Shown here piece by piece: positions 38,557-48,500 of a stretch of 55,310 nt of DNA (its first letter is position 1; the number at the start of each line of letters is the position of its first letter). Position numbers and translations under genes: made by a program. The notes below the pieces were generated by a model. It saw nothing but the letters and a program-made list of their open reading frames with translations, was not told the origin of the DNA and made no database searches. Origin of the DNA: Anaerolineae bacterium (GTDB taxonomy: Bacteria; Chloroflexota; Anaerolineae; B4-G1; DUEL01); the NCBI GenBank assembly GCA_049972045.1, contig JBMFKS010000005.1, positions 4,202 through 59,511 of the forward strand, in the 5' to 3' direction.

Positions 38557-38887
38557 AATCTGGTTGATCAATCTGGACCCTACGGTGGGAGCCGAGATTC
38601 GGAAGACTCGTCCGGCGGTCATTGTCAAGGATGACGCGATGGGCGTTCTGCCGTTGAGAGTGATTGTCCCAATGACCGAGTGGAAGGAACGGTACGCAGT
38701 GGCGCCGTGGATGGTTCGGTTGGACCCAGATGCCGAGAACGGTCTAACGAAGACGTCGGTGGCGGACACGTTTCAGGTCCGTTCGGTATCGCAGGAGCGA
38801 TTTGTCCGCCGAATGGGGAAACTTTCCGATGAGGCTATGCGGGAAATTGCCCGCGCCCTGGCCATCGTACTCAGCATAGAGGTTTAG
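38543..38887 (+). CDS. mazF: PemK/MazF-family toxin
   Basis: RGEIWLINLDPTVGAEIRKTRPAVIV...QVRSVSQERF. Confidence 0.93.
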   Translation: MQRGEIWLINLDPTVGAEIRKTRPAVIVKDDAMGVLPLRVIVPMTEWKERYAVAPWMVRLDPDAENGLTKTSVADTFQVRSVSQERFVRRMGKLSDEAMREIARALAIVLSIEV

Positions 38888-38919
38888 CGCATTTTGTAGA
38901 TCGCATCCGAGGTGGAGGC

Positions 38920-39348
38920 ATGTCCGACAATGGCTTTGAACCCAAAATCGTCGCCTTTCTCTGCAACTGGTGTACCTACACCGGGGCGGACCTGGCGGGG
39001 ACGTCCCGCATCCAGTACCCGCCCAACGTCCGCATCATCCGGCTGATGTGCTCCGGGTCGGTGGACCCGACCTACGTCCTGAAGGCGCTGCTGGACGGCG
39101 CCGACGGGGTGCTCATCGGCGGCTGTCACCCGGGCGACTGCCACTACCAGTCCGGCAACTACAAGGCCCGCCGGCGCATCATCGCCCTGAAGGAAATCCT
39201 CAAGCAGGCCGGGCTGGAGGAGGACCGGGTCTGGCTGCGCTGGATCTCCGCCTCGGAGGGCCAGCGCTTCGCCGACACGGTGGCCCAGATGACGCAGTAC
39301 CTGAAGGAGAAAGGGCCCAACCCGATGAAGCGGGAGTGGGCAGTGTGA
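38920..39348 (+). CDS. mvhD: MvhD-family 2Fe-2S subunit
   Basis: FLCNWC.Y.GADLAG, MCSG, GCHPGDCHY, WISASEG. Confidence 0.95.
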   Translation: MSDNGFEPKIVAFLCNWCTYTGADLAGTSRIQYPPNVRIIRLMCSGSVDPTYVLKALLDGADGVLIGGCHPGDCHYQSGNYKARRRIIALKEILKQAGLEEDRVWLRWISASEGQRFADTVAQMTQYLKEKGPNPMKREWAV

Positions 39349-39349
39349 C

Positions 39350-39416
39350 CGTGCTGCGTGTTGCGTATTCCGTGGTGGGTAGGCCGGACAGGGGAACGAT
39401 ACGCGATACGCGATGG
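39350..39416. repeat. Inverted 7-mer array (TACGCRA type)
   Basis: CGTGCTG CGTGTTG CGTATTC ... GATACGC GATACGC. Confidence 0.65.
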
Positions 39417-39640
39417 TCAACTGGGAGGCGCTGGAGGCGGAGCGGATTCGGCTGCTGCGCCGGATGACGGTGCAGGAGAGTCTGCAACAGTATCTGGCCC
39501 TGCAGCAGGCTCTGGAGCCGCAGTTCCGGGCGACGGAGGCCCTCTTCCGCCCGCAGCGGATGGCCTACCTGGCCGAACTCCAGCAGCGGCTGGCCCGGCT
39601 GGACCGGTGGCGGAAGGAGCAGCGTGGAGAATTTGATTGA
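39413..39640 (+). CDS. Small helical protein, likely partner of the adjacent nucleotidyltransferase
   Basis: 75 aa ORF overlapping the start of the next gene; no recognisable motif. Confidence 0.55.
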   Translation: MVNWEALEAERIRLLRRMTVQESLQQYLALQQALEPQFRATEALFRPQRMAYLAELQQRLARLDRWRKEQRGEFD

Positions 39641-40345
39641 AGCCGTGGTGTCCCTTCAGGAACGGCTTCAGCGGGCGGGCATCCCGTCCGTGGTCGTCGG
39701 GGGCCTGGCTCTGAGCGTCTGGGGCGAGCCCCGCGCGACCCGTGACGTGGACGTGCGGGTCCTGCTGGGCCGGGATGAGGCCCATCGGCTTCTCTCCGCC
39801 TTGGCCGATGAATACGCCCTCCTGGCCGATGAGCCGCTGGAAACGCTGAGGAAAATGGGTTTCCTCTTCGTTCAGGACAGGACGGGAGTGCGGCTGGACC
39901 TGTTGCTGGCGGATACGGACTTTGACCGGAAGGTCGTAGAGCGTGCTCGTCCTGTAGAGATAGCGCCCGGGAAGGTTATCCTGGTTTGTAGTGCGGAAGA
40001 CCTGCTCATCTACAAATGGATTTCCACCCATCCCAGAGACGATGAGAACGCGGCCAGCATCGTCCACCGGCAGGGGGATGCTCTGGACGATGCCTACATC
40101 CAGCACTGGCTGGAGCAATTGGAACGGGCCCTGGATGACTCTACTGGTTTGTCACCAGCACTTTTGTGGGTCTTGGCGCCCTCCAGTAGGGCAACTGCTC
40201 ACAGTTGCCCTACTGGTGGCCTGCATGGGCCCCTGGCCGCGTCGGCCATTCGGACCCATCAGTATAAACTTGACTAACCACTACCCTTTTGGAGGAGTAT
40301 CGTCGGCTGCGCCAAGAATCTCCCATTCGCAAGGAGAGGCAATGA
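39624..40345 (+). pseudogene. Nucleotidyltransferase-family gene (AbiEii/DUF6036-like) frameshifted near the 3' end by a MITE
   Basis: VVGGLA..WGEPRATRDVD, AEDLLIYK..PRD. Removing the 140 bp insertion restores ...LDDSTLLEEYRRLRQESPIRKERQ* ending at 40345. Confidence 0.82.
40141..40284 (-). mobile_element. Complete MITE with terminal inverted repeats and target-site duplication
   Basis: CTAC|TGGTTTGTCA...TGACTAACCA|CTAC (TIR 9/10 match); internal palindrome CCAGTAGGGCAACTG-CTCA-CAGTTGCCCTACTGG. Confidence 0.92.
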
Positions 40346-41457
40346 GAGCAAGAGTTCCCGTTGAAAATCAGGACACTTTGGCGGCCCTGAGGGGCTTTCT
40401 CAAGCGATTGCTGGAGACAGAGACGGTGGAGGCCGTTCTGGTGCCGATGGAGACGTCGTCCGGCGCGGTCACGCCGGCGCTGGTGGCGGACCCGGCCCTG
40501 CTGGACGCGGCGGACCCGCTGGCGCCGGTGTTGGGCCTCAACGCCGCGCGCGTCGTCGGGCCGGTGACCATCCGCCAGCCGCGCGGGCGAGTGGCCGCCG
40601 TCTTGCGCCCCTGTGAGTACCGCGCGCTGATAGAACTGGTCAAACTCCAGCAGGCCAGTTTGGAGGATCTGGTGACGGTGGTGGTGGATTGCCCCGGCAC
40701 CTACACCGTTCCTGACTACCAGAAGATGCACGCCAACGGCGGCGTAGACCGATCGGCCCTGCTGGCCGGGATGGAGACGGGCGACCTGTCCCCCCAATCC
40801 GGCTACGCGTTCCGGGACGCCTGCCAGATGTGCGAGAACTTCGCGGCCGTGGCGGGCGATGTCCGCATTGAACTCTTCGGCGCCGACCTTTCGGCGGGCA
40901 TCCCCGTCGTCCTCTCCGACGAACTGGCCGGGCGGCTGGGCCTGGAGGCCGCGCCGGGGGACGGCCGCCGGGCCGAAGTGGTGGATAAAGTCACCCAGGC
41001 CCGCGTCCAGGCCCGCGACGCCGTCTTTGCCGAGATTCGCGGCCGGCTGGAGAAGGAAGGTGTGGAGGGCGTCTTCGCCGCCTGTGTCCGCTGCCACAAC
41101 TGCATGACGGTCTGCCCTATCTGTTACTGCAAGACCTGCCTCTTCAAGAGCCCGGTGATGGAGCACGAGCCGATGCAGTATATGGGCTGGGCGCGGCGGA
41201 AGGGCGCGTACCGGCTTCCGGCGGACACCATGCTCTTCCACCTGACCCGGCTCAACCACATGGTGCTCTCCTGCATCGGCTGCGGCCTCTGCACCGACGC
41301 GTGTCCCGCTGACCTGCCCGTGGGCCGGGTCTTCCGGGCCGTCGGCCAGCAACTCCAGGCTCTCTTTGACTACGTCCCCGGCCGCAGCGTGGAGGAGCCC
41401 CTGCCGCTGATCACCTTCCGTGAGGACGAGTGGTCGCATGTGGGAGAGGAGCGCTGA
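40342..41457 (+). CDS. FdhB/FrhB-like Fe-S protein associated with Hdr
   Basis: RPCE, VDCPG, ACQMC, CVRCHNCMTVCPICYCKTC, CIGCGLCTDACP; AAGGAG RBS. Confidence 0.85.
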   Translation: MRARVPVENQDTLAALRGFLKRLLETETVEAVLVPMETSSGAVTPALVADPALLDAADPLAPVLGLNAARVVGPVTIRQPRGRVAAVLRPCEYRALIELVKLQQASLEDLVTVVVDCPGTYTVPDYQKMHANGGVDRSALLAGMETGDLSPQSGYAFRDACQMCENFAAVAGDVRIELFGADLSAGIPVVLSDELAGRLGLEAAPGDGRRAEVVDKVTQARVQARDAVFAEIRGRLEKEGVEGVFAACVRCHNCMTVCPICYCKTCLFKSPVMEHEPMQYMGWARRKGAYRLPADTMLFHLTRLNHMVLSCIGCGLCTDACPADLPVGRVFRAVGQQLQALFDYVPGRSVEEPLPLITFREDEWSHVGEER

Positions 41458-41514
41458 TCACGCTTCACGCTTCACGTTTCCCTCGCTGCATGAAGCGTAA
41501 AACGTGAAACGTAA
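41458..41514. repeat. Inverted 7-mer arrays (TCACGYT / GTGAAAC)
   Basis: TCACGCT TCACGCT TCACGTT ... TGAAGCG TAAAACG TGAAACG. Confidence 0.85.
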
Positions 41515-41524
41515 GGAGGTCCGT

Positions 41525-42217
41525 ATGGCCGAAGGGCAGGAGAACCTGATTCCTGTCTTCATTATGGGCAAACAGTACATGGTCCCCGCCGGGCTGACCA
41601 TTATGAAGGCCATGGAGTACGCGGGGTACAAACTGGTGCGCGGGGTAGGGTGCCGAGGGGGCTTCTGCGGTGCCTGTGCCACCGTGTACCGCATTCAGGG
41701 GGACCCCAAACTCTACTTTGGCCTGGCCTGCCAGACGGTAGTGCAGCCGAACATGTACCTGGCCCAGTTGCCCTTCTTCCCGGCCCGCCGGGCGACCTAC
41801 GACATCACGAAACTGGAGCCGACGCCGACGACGCTGTTCAGCCTCTATTCGGAACTGTTGCGTTGCCTGGGCTGCGGGACGTGCACCAAAGCCTGCCCGC
41901 AGCAGATAGACGTCCGGGCCTACATGGCCGCCGGGATGCGCGGCGACATCGCTCGCCTGGCCGATCTCTCTTTTGACTGCATTATGTGTGGTCTCTGTGC
42001 GGCCCGCTGTCCGGCGGAGGAGCCCCAGTACAACATCGCTATTCTGGCCCGTCGCCTCTATGGCCGCTACCTGGCCCCGCGGTCCAAACACCTGGAGGAC
42101 CGGCTGGAGGAGATCAAAAACGGCCAGTTTGATGAGGAAATCCGGGCGCTGAAGAGCATGAGCATAGACGAACTGAAAGCCCGGTATAAGGCGCGGGATA
42201 TAGAGCCAGGGGACTGA
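41525..42217 (+). CDS. SdhB/FrdB-like Fe-S subunit (one 2Fe-2S, two 4Fe-4S motifs)
   Basis: GCRGGFCGAC...LACQ, CLGCGTCTKACP, CIMCGLCAARCP. Confidence 0.85.
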   Translation: MAEGQENLIPVFIMGKQYMVPAGLTIMKAMEYAGYKLVRGVGCRGGFCGACATVYRIQGDPKLYFGLACQTVVQPNMYLAQLPFFPARRATYDITKLEPTPTTLFSLYSELLRCLGCGTCTKACPQQIDVRAYMAAGMRGDIARLADLSFDCIMCGLCAARCPAEEPQYNIAILARRLYGRYLAPRSKHLEDRLEEIKNGQFDEEIRALKSMSIDELKARYKARDIEPGD

Positions 42218-42232
42218 GCAGAGGGAGGCCCG

Positions 42233-42517
42233 TTGAAGATCGCAGGCCTGATCTGGCTGGCTGATGTTGTGGAGAAATTGTTGTCCAAGCACAATGTTCA
42301 TCCCCAAGAGGTGAAGGAGGTTTTTGCGAACCGCCCGCATTTTCGCTTTGTGGAAAAGGGCCACCGGCGCGGAGAGAACGTGTACGTTGCCCTGGGTCAG
42401 ACAAACAGCGGCAGGTATTTGGCTATCTTCTTTGTTTTGAAGAAAGGCGGACAGGCGCTGATTTTATCGGCACGGGATATGACCCGGGCGGAAAGGAGGT
42501 TATATGAGCAGGAGTAA
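42233..42517 (+). CDS. brnT: BrnT-family toxin
   Basis: KLLSKHNV..EVKEVF..YVALGQT.SGRYLAIFF..ILSARDMTRAERRLY. Confidence 0.85.
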   Translation: MKIAGLIWLADVVEKLLSKHNVHPQEVKEVFANRPHFRFVEKGHRRGENVYVALGQTNSGRYLAIFFVLKKGGQALILSARDMTRAERRLYEQE

Positions 42518-42779
42518 GAGTTCTATCTCAAGGGCTTCGTCTTATTTGGAGATCGGCGAATTCTGGGATGTCCATGACCTTGCGGATTATTGGAACCAGA
42601 CCCATCCGGCGGAGTTTGCGGTGGATATTCGCTCGGAGGTGACTTATTATCCTCTGGACGCCCTCCTCTCAGCCCAGATTCGCGCGGTGGCCCAGCGCCG
42701 GGGCGTTTCTCCAGCGACTCTTCTGAATCTCTGGATCCAGGAGAAACTGCAGCAAGAGGGAGTATCCGAATCTGTTTAG
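42504..42779 (+). CDS. BrnA/CopG-like antitoxin
   Basis: EFWDVHDLADYW plus RHH-like AQRRGVSPATLLNLWIQEKL. Confidence 0.8.
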   Translation: MSRSKSSISRASSYLEIGEFWDVHDLADYWNQTHPAEFAVDIRSEVTYYPLDALLSAQIRAVAQRRGVSPATLLNLWIQEKLQQEGVSESV

Positions 42780-42803
42780 TTGGCCACGGGTGAAGCGAAG
42801 TAG

Positions 42804-42977
42804 GGTGGAGGGGAACGGTTCCCAGCCAAATTCGGCCGTACGGGATTCCGCCGCAATTTCCAGTTTGAGCGCGAGTGGCGCGGTCGGCGCTATCGGATCA
42901 AACAGGTGGAAGCCTATGCGGTGCTGGAGGACGATACCTGGTTGGTGATTACCGTGATTGCGCGTTACTTTGATTGA
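42804..42977 (+). pseudogene. 5'-truncated DUF4258-like toxin remnant
   Basis: Manual translation GERFPAKFGRTGFRRNFQFEREWRGRRYRIKQVEAYAVLEDDTWLVITVIARYFD*; resembles the C-half of 48699-48980 and likewise precedes a DUF2283 gene. Confidence 0.65.
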
Positions 42978-42990
42978 GATGGAGGGTGCG

Positions 42991-43251
42991 ATGAGATTCA
43001 CGTATGACCCGCGATATAATATCGCCTACATCCGTTTTCGTCCGAAGGGTGCCGAAGTGGAATCTATCCGGTTAAGTGATGAACTGGTGGTGGATATCGC
43101 CCCGGATGGGACGGTCTACGGAATTGAACTGTTGAATGCCAACGAGCAATTGCGGTGTGAGGATGCGGGAGAGTTGCTGGTGATCAACGAAGCGACGGGT
43201 GAGCGCATCGGAGTGACACTGACGTTATCCCCAACTGTCAAAGAAACTTGA
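42991..43251 (+). CDS. DUF2283-family protein
   Basis: MRFTYDPRYNIAYIRF...LVVDIAPDGTVYGIELLNA. Confidence 0.85.
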   Translation: MRFTYDPRYNIAYIRFRPKGAEVESIRLSDELVVDIAPDGTVYGIELLNANEQLRCEDAGELLVINEATGERIGVTLTLSPTVKET

Positions 43252-43297
43252 TCCAGGTCCAATCACGCCTTCGCTTTTCACGGGTTACGGAGGTCCT

Positions 43298-44902
43298 ATG
43301 AGCGGTTACCCACCGGAAATGCGGGAATCCATCCGACTGGTGGAGGCGACCCGCCCCCGCCGGCTGAAGGAGACCTTCCCGACGATGACGCTGGAGGAGC
43401 GGGAGGCGATTCTGAAGGCCTACCATCCCGACTACAAGGACGAGACCTTTCGCGCCATTCGCGTTGGCGTCAGCAAGGGCCAGAAGATGCCGCTGGAACT
43501 GGCGGACATCGTGGAGGGCCGCCCCCATATCGGCCCCGACTTTGACCTTTCCGACCCCATCGCCGAGACCGACGTCCTGGTCATCGGCGGCGGCGGCGCG
43601 GGCGCCTCGGCGGCACTGCTGGCCCAGGAGAACGGCGCGAAGGTCATTCTGGTGACCAAACTCCGCTTCGGCGACGCCAACACCATGATGGCCCAGGGCG
43701 GCATCCAGGCGGCCGACCGACCCAACGACAGCCCGGCGATTCACTACCTGGATGTCATCGGCGGGGGGCACTTCACCAACGTCCCCGAACTGGTGGAAGC
43801 GCTGGTGATGGACGCGCCCTTCGTCATCAAGTGGCTGGAAGAGTTGGGCATGATGTTTGACAAAGAGCCGGACGGGACGATGATAGAGGCTCATGGCGGC
43901 GGCACCAGCCGCCGGCGGATGCACTCCGCCCGCGACTACACCGGCGCGGAGATTATGCGCACCCTGCGGGATGAGGTCCGCAATCGGGAGCCGGACATCA
44001 TCGTCATAGAATTCTCTCCGGCCATAGAACTGGTGCTGGACGACAAGGGGCAAATCGCCGGCGCGGTGGTGATGAATCTGGAGACGGGCGCGAAGGGCTA
44101 TATCAAGGCGAAGGCCGTCGTCCTGGCGACCGGGGGCGGCGGGCGCCTGCACTACCAGGGGTTCCCCACCACCAACCACTATGGCGCCACCGCCGACGGC
44201 GTTGTCCTGGCCTACCGGATCGGCGCGCCGTTGGGCTACCTGGAGTCCATGCAGTACCATCCCACCGGCGCGGCGTTCCCGGAGCAGATCCTGGGGTTGC
44301 TGGTCACCGAGAAAGTGCGCGGGCTGGGCGCGCAGGTCGTCAACCAATACGGCGAACAGTTCGTCTACCCGCTGGAGCCGCGCGACGTGGAGTCGGCGGC
44401 CATTATCCGGGAGTGTGCGCGGGGCAACGGCGTCGTCACCCCGACCGGACAGGTGGGGGTCTGGCTGGACTCGCCGATGATAGACATCATCCACGGCCCC
44501 GGTACCATCCAGCGGGCGCTCCCGGCGATGGTGCGCCAGTTCGCCCGCTTCGGGATTGACATCACGAAGGAGCCGATGCTGGTCTACCCGACCCTGCACT
44601 ACCAGAACGGCGGGGTGCGGCTGCGGGCCGACGGCTCCACGGTCATCCCCGGCCTCTATATCGCCGGAGAGGTCAGCGCGGGCGTCCACGGCCATAACCG
44701 GCTGATGGGCAACTCCCTGCTGGAGATCCTCGTCTTTGGCCGACGGTCGGGCCGCAACGCCGCGCTCTACGCCCAGCAGGTGAGGTTGGGCGTACCCACT
44801 CTGGCCCATCTGGAGCAGTGGAACCGCGAACTGGAGGAGGCGGGGGTGGATACGGGCGTCGTCTCCCCGATTCTGCTGCCGGATTACACCCGGCGTCAGT
44901 AA
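43298..44902 (+). CDS. SdhA/FrdA/TfrA-like flavoprotein
   Basis: GGGGAG, NTMMAQGG, QYHPT, VTEKVRG, EPRD, LHYQNGG, HGHNRLMGNSL. Confidence 0.9.
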   Translation: MSGYPPEMRESIRLVEATRPRRLKETFPTMTLEEREAILKAYHPDYKDETFRAIRVGVSKGQKMPLELADIVEGRPHIGPDFDLSDPIAETDVLVIGGGGAGASAALLAQENGAKVILVTKLRFGDANTMMAQGGIQAADRPNDSPAIHYLDVIGGGHFTNVPELVEALVMDAPFVIKWLEELGMMFDKEPDGTMIEAHGGGTSRRRMHSARDYTGAEIMRTLRDEVRNREPDIIVIEFSPAIELVLDDKGQIAGAVVMNLETGAKGYIKAKAVVLATGGGGRLHYQGFPTTNHYGATADGVVLAYRIGAPLGYLESMQYHPTGAAFPEQILGLLVTEKVRGLGAQVVNQYGEQFVYPLEPRDVESAAIIRECARGNGVVTPTGQVGVWLDSPMIDIIHGPGTIQRALPAMVRQFARFGIDITKEPMLVYPTLHYQNGGVRLRADGSTVIPGLYIAGEVSAGVHGHNRLMGNSLLEILVFGRRSGRNAALYAQQVRLGVPTLAHLEQWNRELEEAGVDTGVVSPILLPDYTRRQ

Positions 44903-45288
44903 GGACGCTCCACCCGGAGGTCGGGAAGGGGAGCGAAATGCCGCTCGTTCAGAGTGGCGAGGGTGAGGTCGTAGGAGAGGGCCGTTGCTCCGATCAGGCA
45001 ATCCAGAAAACCTACGCCATATCGGAGGCGGAAGCGTCGGTACCACTCCAGTCCGAGGCGGGAGATTGGCTCCTGAAGCCAGAGAATCCGATAGAGAAGC
45101 AGTTCCTGCTCTATGAGTTCCTGTTCCCGAGCCGACCGGGCTCCCGCCAGCAATTCAGCCGCTGTAACAACCGAAATACAGCGTCCATCGTCGGGCAGCC
45201 GGTCTATCCACCGGCGAGCCTCTTCCTGCCCGCGCAGGAGGTCTACCAGGATGTTGGTATCTATCAGGCGGGCTTCAGGAGGGAACAT
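44896..45288 (-). CDS. vapC: VapC-family PIN toxin
   Basis: LIDTNILVD, SVVTAAEL, DCLIGATA, LATLNERHF. Confidence 0.9.
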   Translation of the reverse strand: MFPPEARLIDTNILVDLLRGQEEARRWIDRLPDDGRCISVVTAAELLAGARSAREQELIEQELLLYRILWLQEPISRLGLEWYRRFRLRYGVGFLDCLIGATALSYDLTLATLNERHFAPLPDLRVERPY

Positions 45289-45532
45289 CTTGCCGGTTCT
45301 CTATGCGGGCGCGGAGGACGGCTGCCAGTTGAGCGCTCTCCTCTTCTTCCCGGTCTGCCCAGAGGCCAAAGGCCGGGTGGTGAGAGAGCGGACGGATCTC
45401 CGCTGCCCGCCTGGGCTGGAGGATAATGCGTCCTTCTTCCTGGATCACTTCAATCTCTTCCCACTCCCGGAAGATCGGTGAAGTGATCAGAACTCCCTGA
45501 GGAGTGACCTGGACGAAAATTTCGCGAGCCAT
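45275..45532 (-). CDS. Putative VapB-type antitoxin
   Basis: MAREIFVQVTPQGVLI...PAFGLWADR; overlaps the vapC start. Confidence 0.7.
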   Translation of the reverse strand: MAREIFVQVTPQGVLITSPIFREWEEIEVIQEEGRIILQPRRAAEIRPLSHHPAFGLWADREEEESAQLAAVLRARIENRQDVPS

Positions 45533-45563
45533 TATTCCCTCTTTCCGGCTCATAGTGTTGAAT

Positions 45564-45572
45564 ATTATAGCA
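45564..45572 (-). promoter_or_regulatory. Extended -10 promoter of the antisense vapBC module
   Basis: Minus strand TGCTATAAT, 31 nt upstream of ATG 45532. Confidence 0.6.
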
Positions 45573-45585
45573 TATGAGGAGAGGT

Positions 45586-48500
45586 ATGGCAATTCCACAC
45601 CACCCCACATCCTCTGTCCTGGTCGTCGGGGGCGGCGTCGGTGGGATGCGCGCCGCCGTGGACCTGGCCGAGGCCGGGCTGAAAGTCTACCTGGTGGAGG
45701 GTCTGCCCTGGCTGGGCGGGCGGGTGGCCCAACTGGGCTACATGTTCCCCACCCATGACTGCGTCCTCTGTCGCGGCACGTCCGATCACGGCTACGGCTG
45801 CACCCGGCCGTCCATCTCGCCGGCGTTCCTGGACTTCAACCGCCACCCCAATATTGAGATTCTCACCAACACCGACCTGATCCGGGTGGAGGGTCGGGCG
45901 GGCGATTTCACCGTCACCGTCCGCCACCGGCCCACCTACGTGGACCCGGAGAAGTGCATCAACTGCGGCCTCTGCACAGCGGTCTGTCCGGTGGACCTGC
46001 CCAGTTTCTTTGAGGAGGCGCTGGTGACCCGCAAGGCCATCTACAAGATGGCCCCCCGCGCCCTGCCCGATGCCTATGTGGTGGACAAAGTCCCCCGCTG
46101 CGAAGTCTGCCGGCGGTGTGAGTCGGTCTGCCCGACCGGCGCAGTGAACCTGGACGAGGAGCCCTACGAGCGGGACCTGAACGTCGGCGCTATCATCCTC
46201 TCTATGGGGTATGCTCTCTCCGACCCGGACGAGTATGGCGAACTGGGCTACGGACGCTTCCCCAACGTCATCCACTCCATGCAGTACGAGCGGCTGGCCA
46301 GCCGGTCTGGCCCCACCGAGGGCATCGTCCTGCGCCCCTCCGACGGCAAGGTCCCGCAGCGGATCGCCTGGCTTCAGTGCGTCGGCTCGCGGGATCAGAA
46401 GTACCCTTACTGCTCGTCCATCTGCTGCATGTACGCCACCAAAGAGGCGATGATTGCCAAAGAGCGCATCCCCGGCGTCCACTGTCAGATCTTCATTATG
46501 GACGAGCGGGCCTTCAACAAGGAGTTCAACGCCTACTACCAACGGGCGCAGAAGGAATATCGGATAGAGTACACCCGCTGCCGCATCTCCGCGGTCAAAG
46601 AGGACCCCCAGACCCACAACCTGATCCTTCGGTACCCGGACGAGGAAGGGCGGATGCGGGAGGAACGGTTTGACCTGGTGGTCCTCTCTTTGGGCTCCCG
46701 CCCGCCGGACGGCGCCCGCGACCTGGCGCGCGTGCTGGGCATTGACCTGAACCCCTACGGCTTCTGCGAGACGGATAAGTTCAACCCGCTGGAGACCAGC
46801 CGCCCCGGCATCTACGTCTGCGGGACCTTCCAGTCGCCCAAGGAGATCGCGGAGACCATCATAGACGCAGCGGGCGCGGCGGGCGACGTGATGCGGCTCC
46901 TGCGGGAGCACCTGGGCGAACATCCGTCCGGCCGGGAGTATCCCTTCCTCTGGAAGCCGGACGGGCTGGTGCCGGAGCGGGATGTGCGCGGCGAGCCCCC
47001 GCGCGTGGGCGTCTTCCTCTGCCGGTGCACCCCCACGCTGGATGGCGTCATTGACGTAGAGGAGGTGGCGGCCTGGGCCCGCACCCAGCCGGACGTCGCC
47101 CACGTCCAGTTGGTGGACTACGGTTGCTTTGAGGCCGGACAGGACGCCATCCGGCGGGCCATCCGCGAGCACAACCTGAACCGGGTCGTCGTCGGCGCGT
47201 GCAGCCACCGGACCCATGAGCCGCTTTTCCAGAAGGTGACCCGCGAGGCAGGCCTGAACCCGTACCTGATGGAGATGGTCAACATGCGGGAGCACTGTGC
47301 GTGGGTGCACGTGGACGACCCGGCAGGCGCGACGCGCAAGGCGAAGGAGATGCTGCGGACGGCGCTGGCGCGCGTGCGGCTGGCGGAGCCGGTCTACAAG
47401 GAGGCGGTCGTGCCGGAGCCTCGCGCGCTGGTCATCGGCGGCGGCGTCTCCGGGATGACGGCGGCCCTCACCATCGCCGACGCCGGCTACGAGGTGGTCC
47501 TGGTGGAGCGGGAACCGGAACTGGGCGGCAACCTCCGCCACGTCTACTATGTGGCGGAGGGGGAGGATCCGCAACGGCTCTTGCGGGATCTGGTCAACCG
47601 GGTGGTGGGCCATGAGCGCATCCGGGTCTTTACCCGCACCGAGGTCGTCTCCCACACCGGCCGCGTGGGCGATTTCCGCTCCGTCCTGCGCACCACCACC
47701 CGCACCGGCGAGATGGTGGAGACGGAAATCCGCCACGGCGTGACCATTGTCGCCACCGGCGGGCGGGAGTGGCGCGGCTCGGTCTATATGTACGGGCGGG
47801 ACCCGCGCGTCGTCACCTCTATGGAACTGGAGGAGATGATCGTCCACCGTCCGGAGCGCATCGCCGACCTGGAGACGGTGGTCTTCATCCAGTGCGTCTG
47901 GCCCGAGGGCGAGGTGGGCTACTGCAGCCGCATCTGCTGCACCAATACGATGAAGAACGCCATCCGCATCAAGATGCTCAACCCGGATTGCCGGGTGGTG
48001 GTTCTCTATCGGGACATCGTCACGTACGGCTTCCGGGAGGCGGTCTACACCGAGGCACGGCGGCGCGGCGTCATCTTTATGCGCTACGACGAGGAGCATA
48101 TGCCCACGATTCGCTTCGTCGGGCCGCAGTTGGAACTGGTGGCCTGGGACCCGTCGCTGCGGCAGGAAGTGCCGTTGTATCCGGACCTGGTTGCGCTGAG
48201 CATGGCGGTTCTGCCGTCGGAGGGGACGGAGCGGTTGGCCCGCATCCTGGACGTGCCGCTCTCGCGGGAGGGCTTCTTTATGGAAGCCCACCTGAAGATG
48301 CGGCCGATGGACTTCGTTGCCGAAGGGGTTTTCGTCTGCGGCATGGCGCACTACCCCAAGTTCATTGAGGAATGCATCGCCAACGCCCAGGCGGCGGCGG
48401 GCCGCGCGCTGACCGTCCTGACGAAGGATCAGTTCTACATCGGCGGCGTGGTGGCCCGGGTGGACCAGTCCAAATGCGTTGGCTGCCTGACCTGCGTTCG

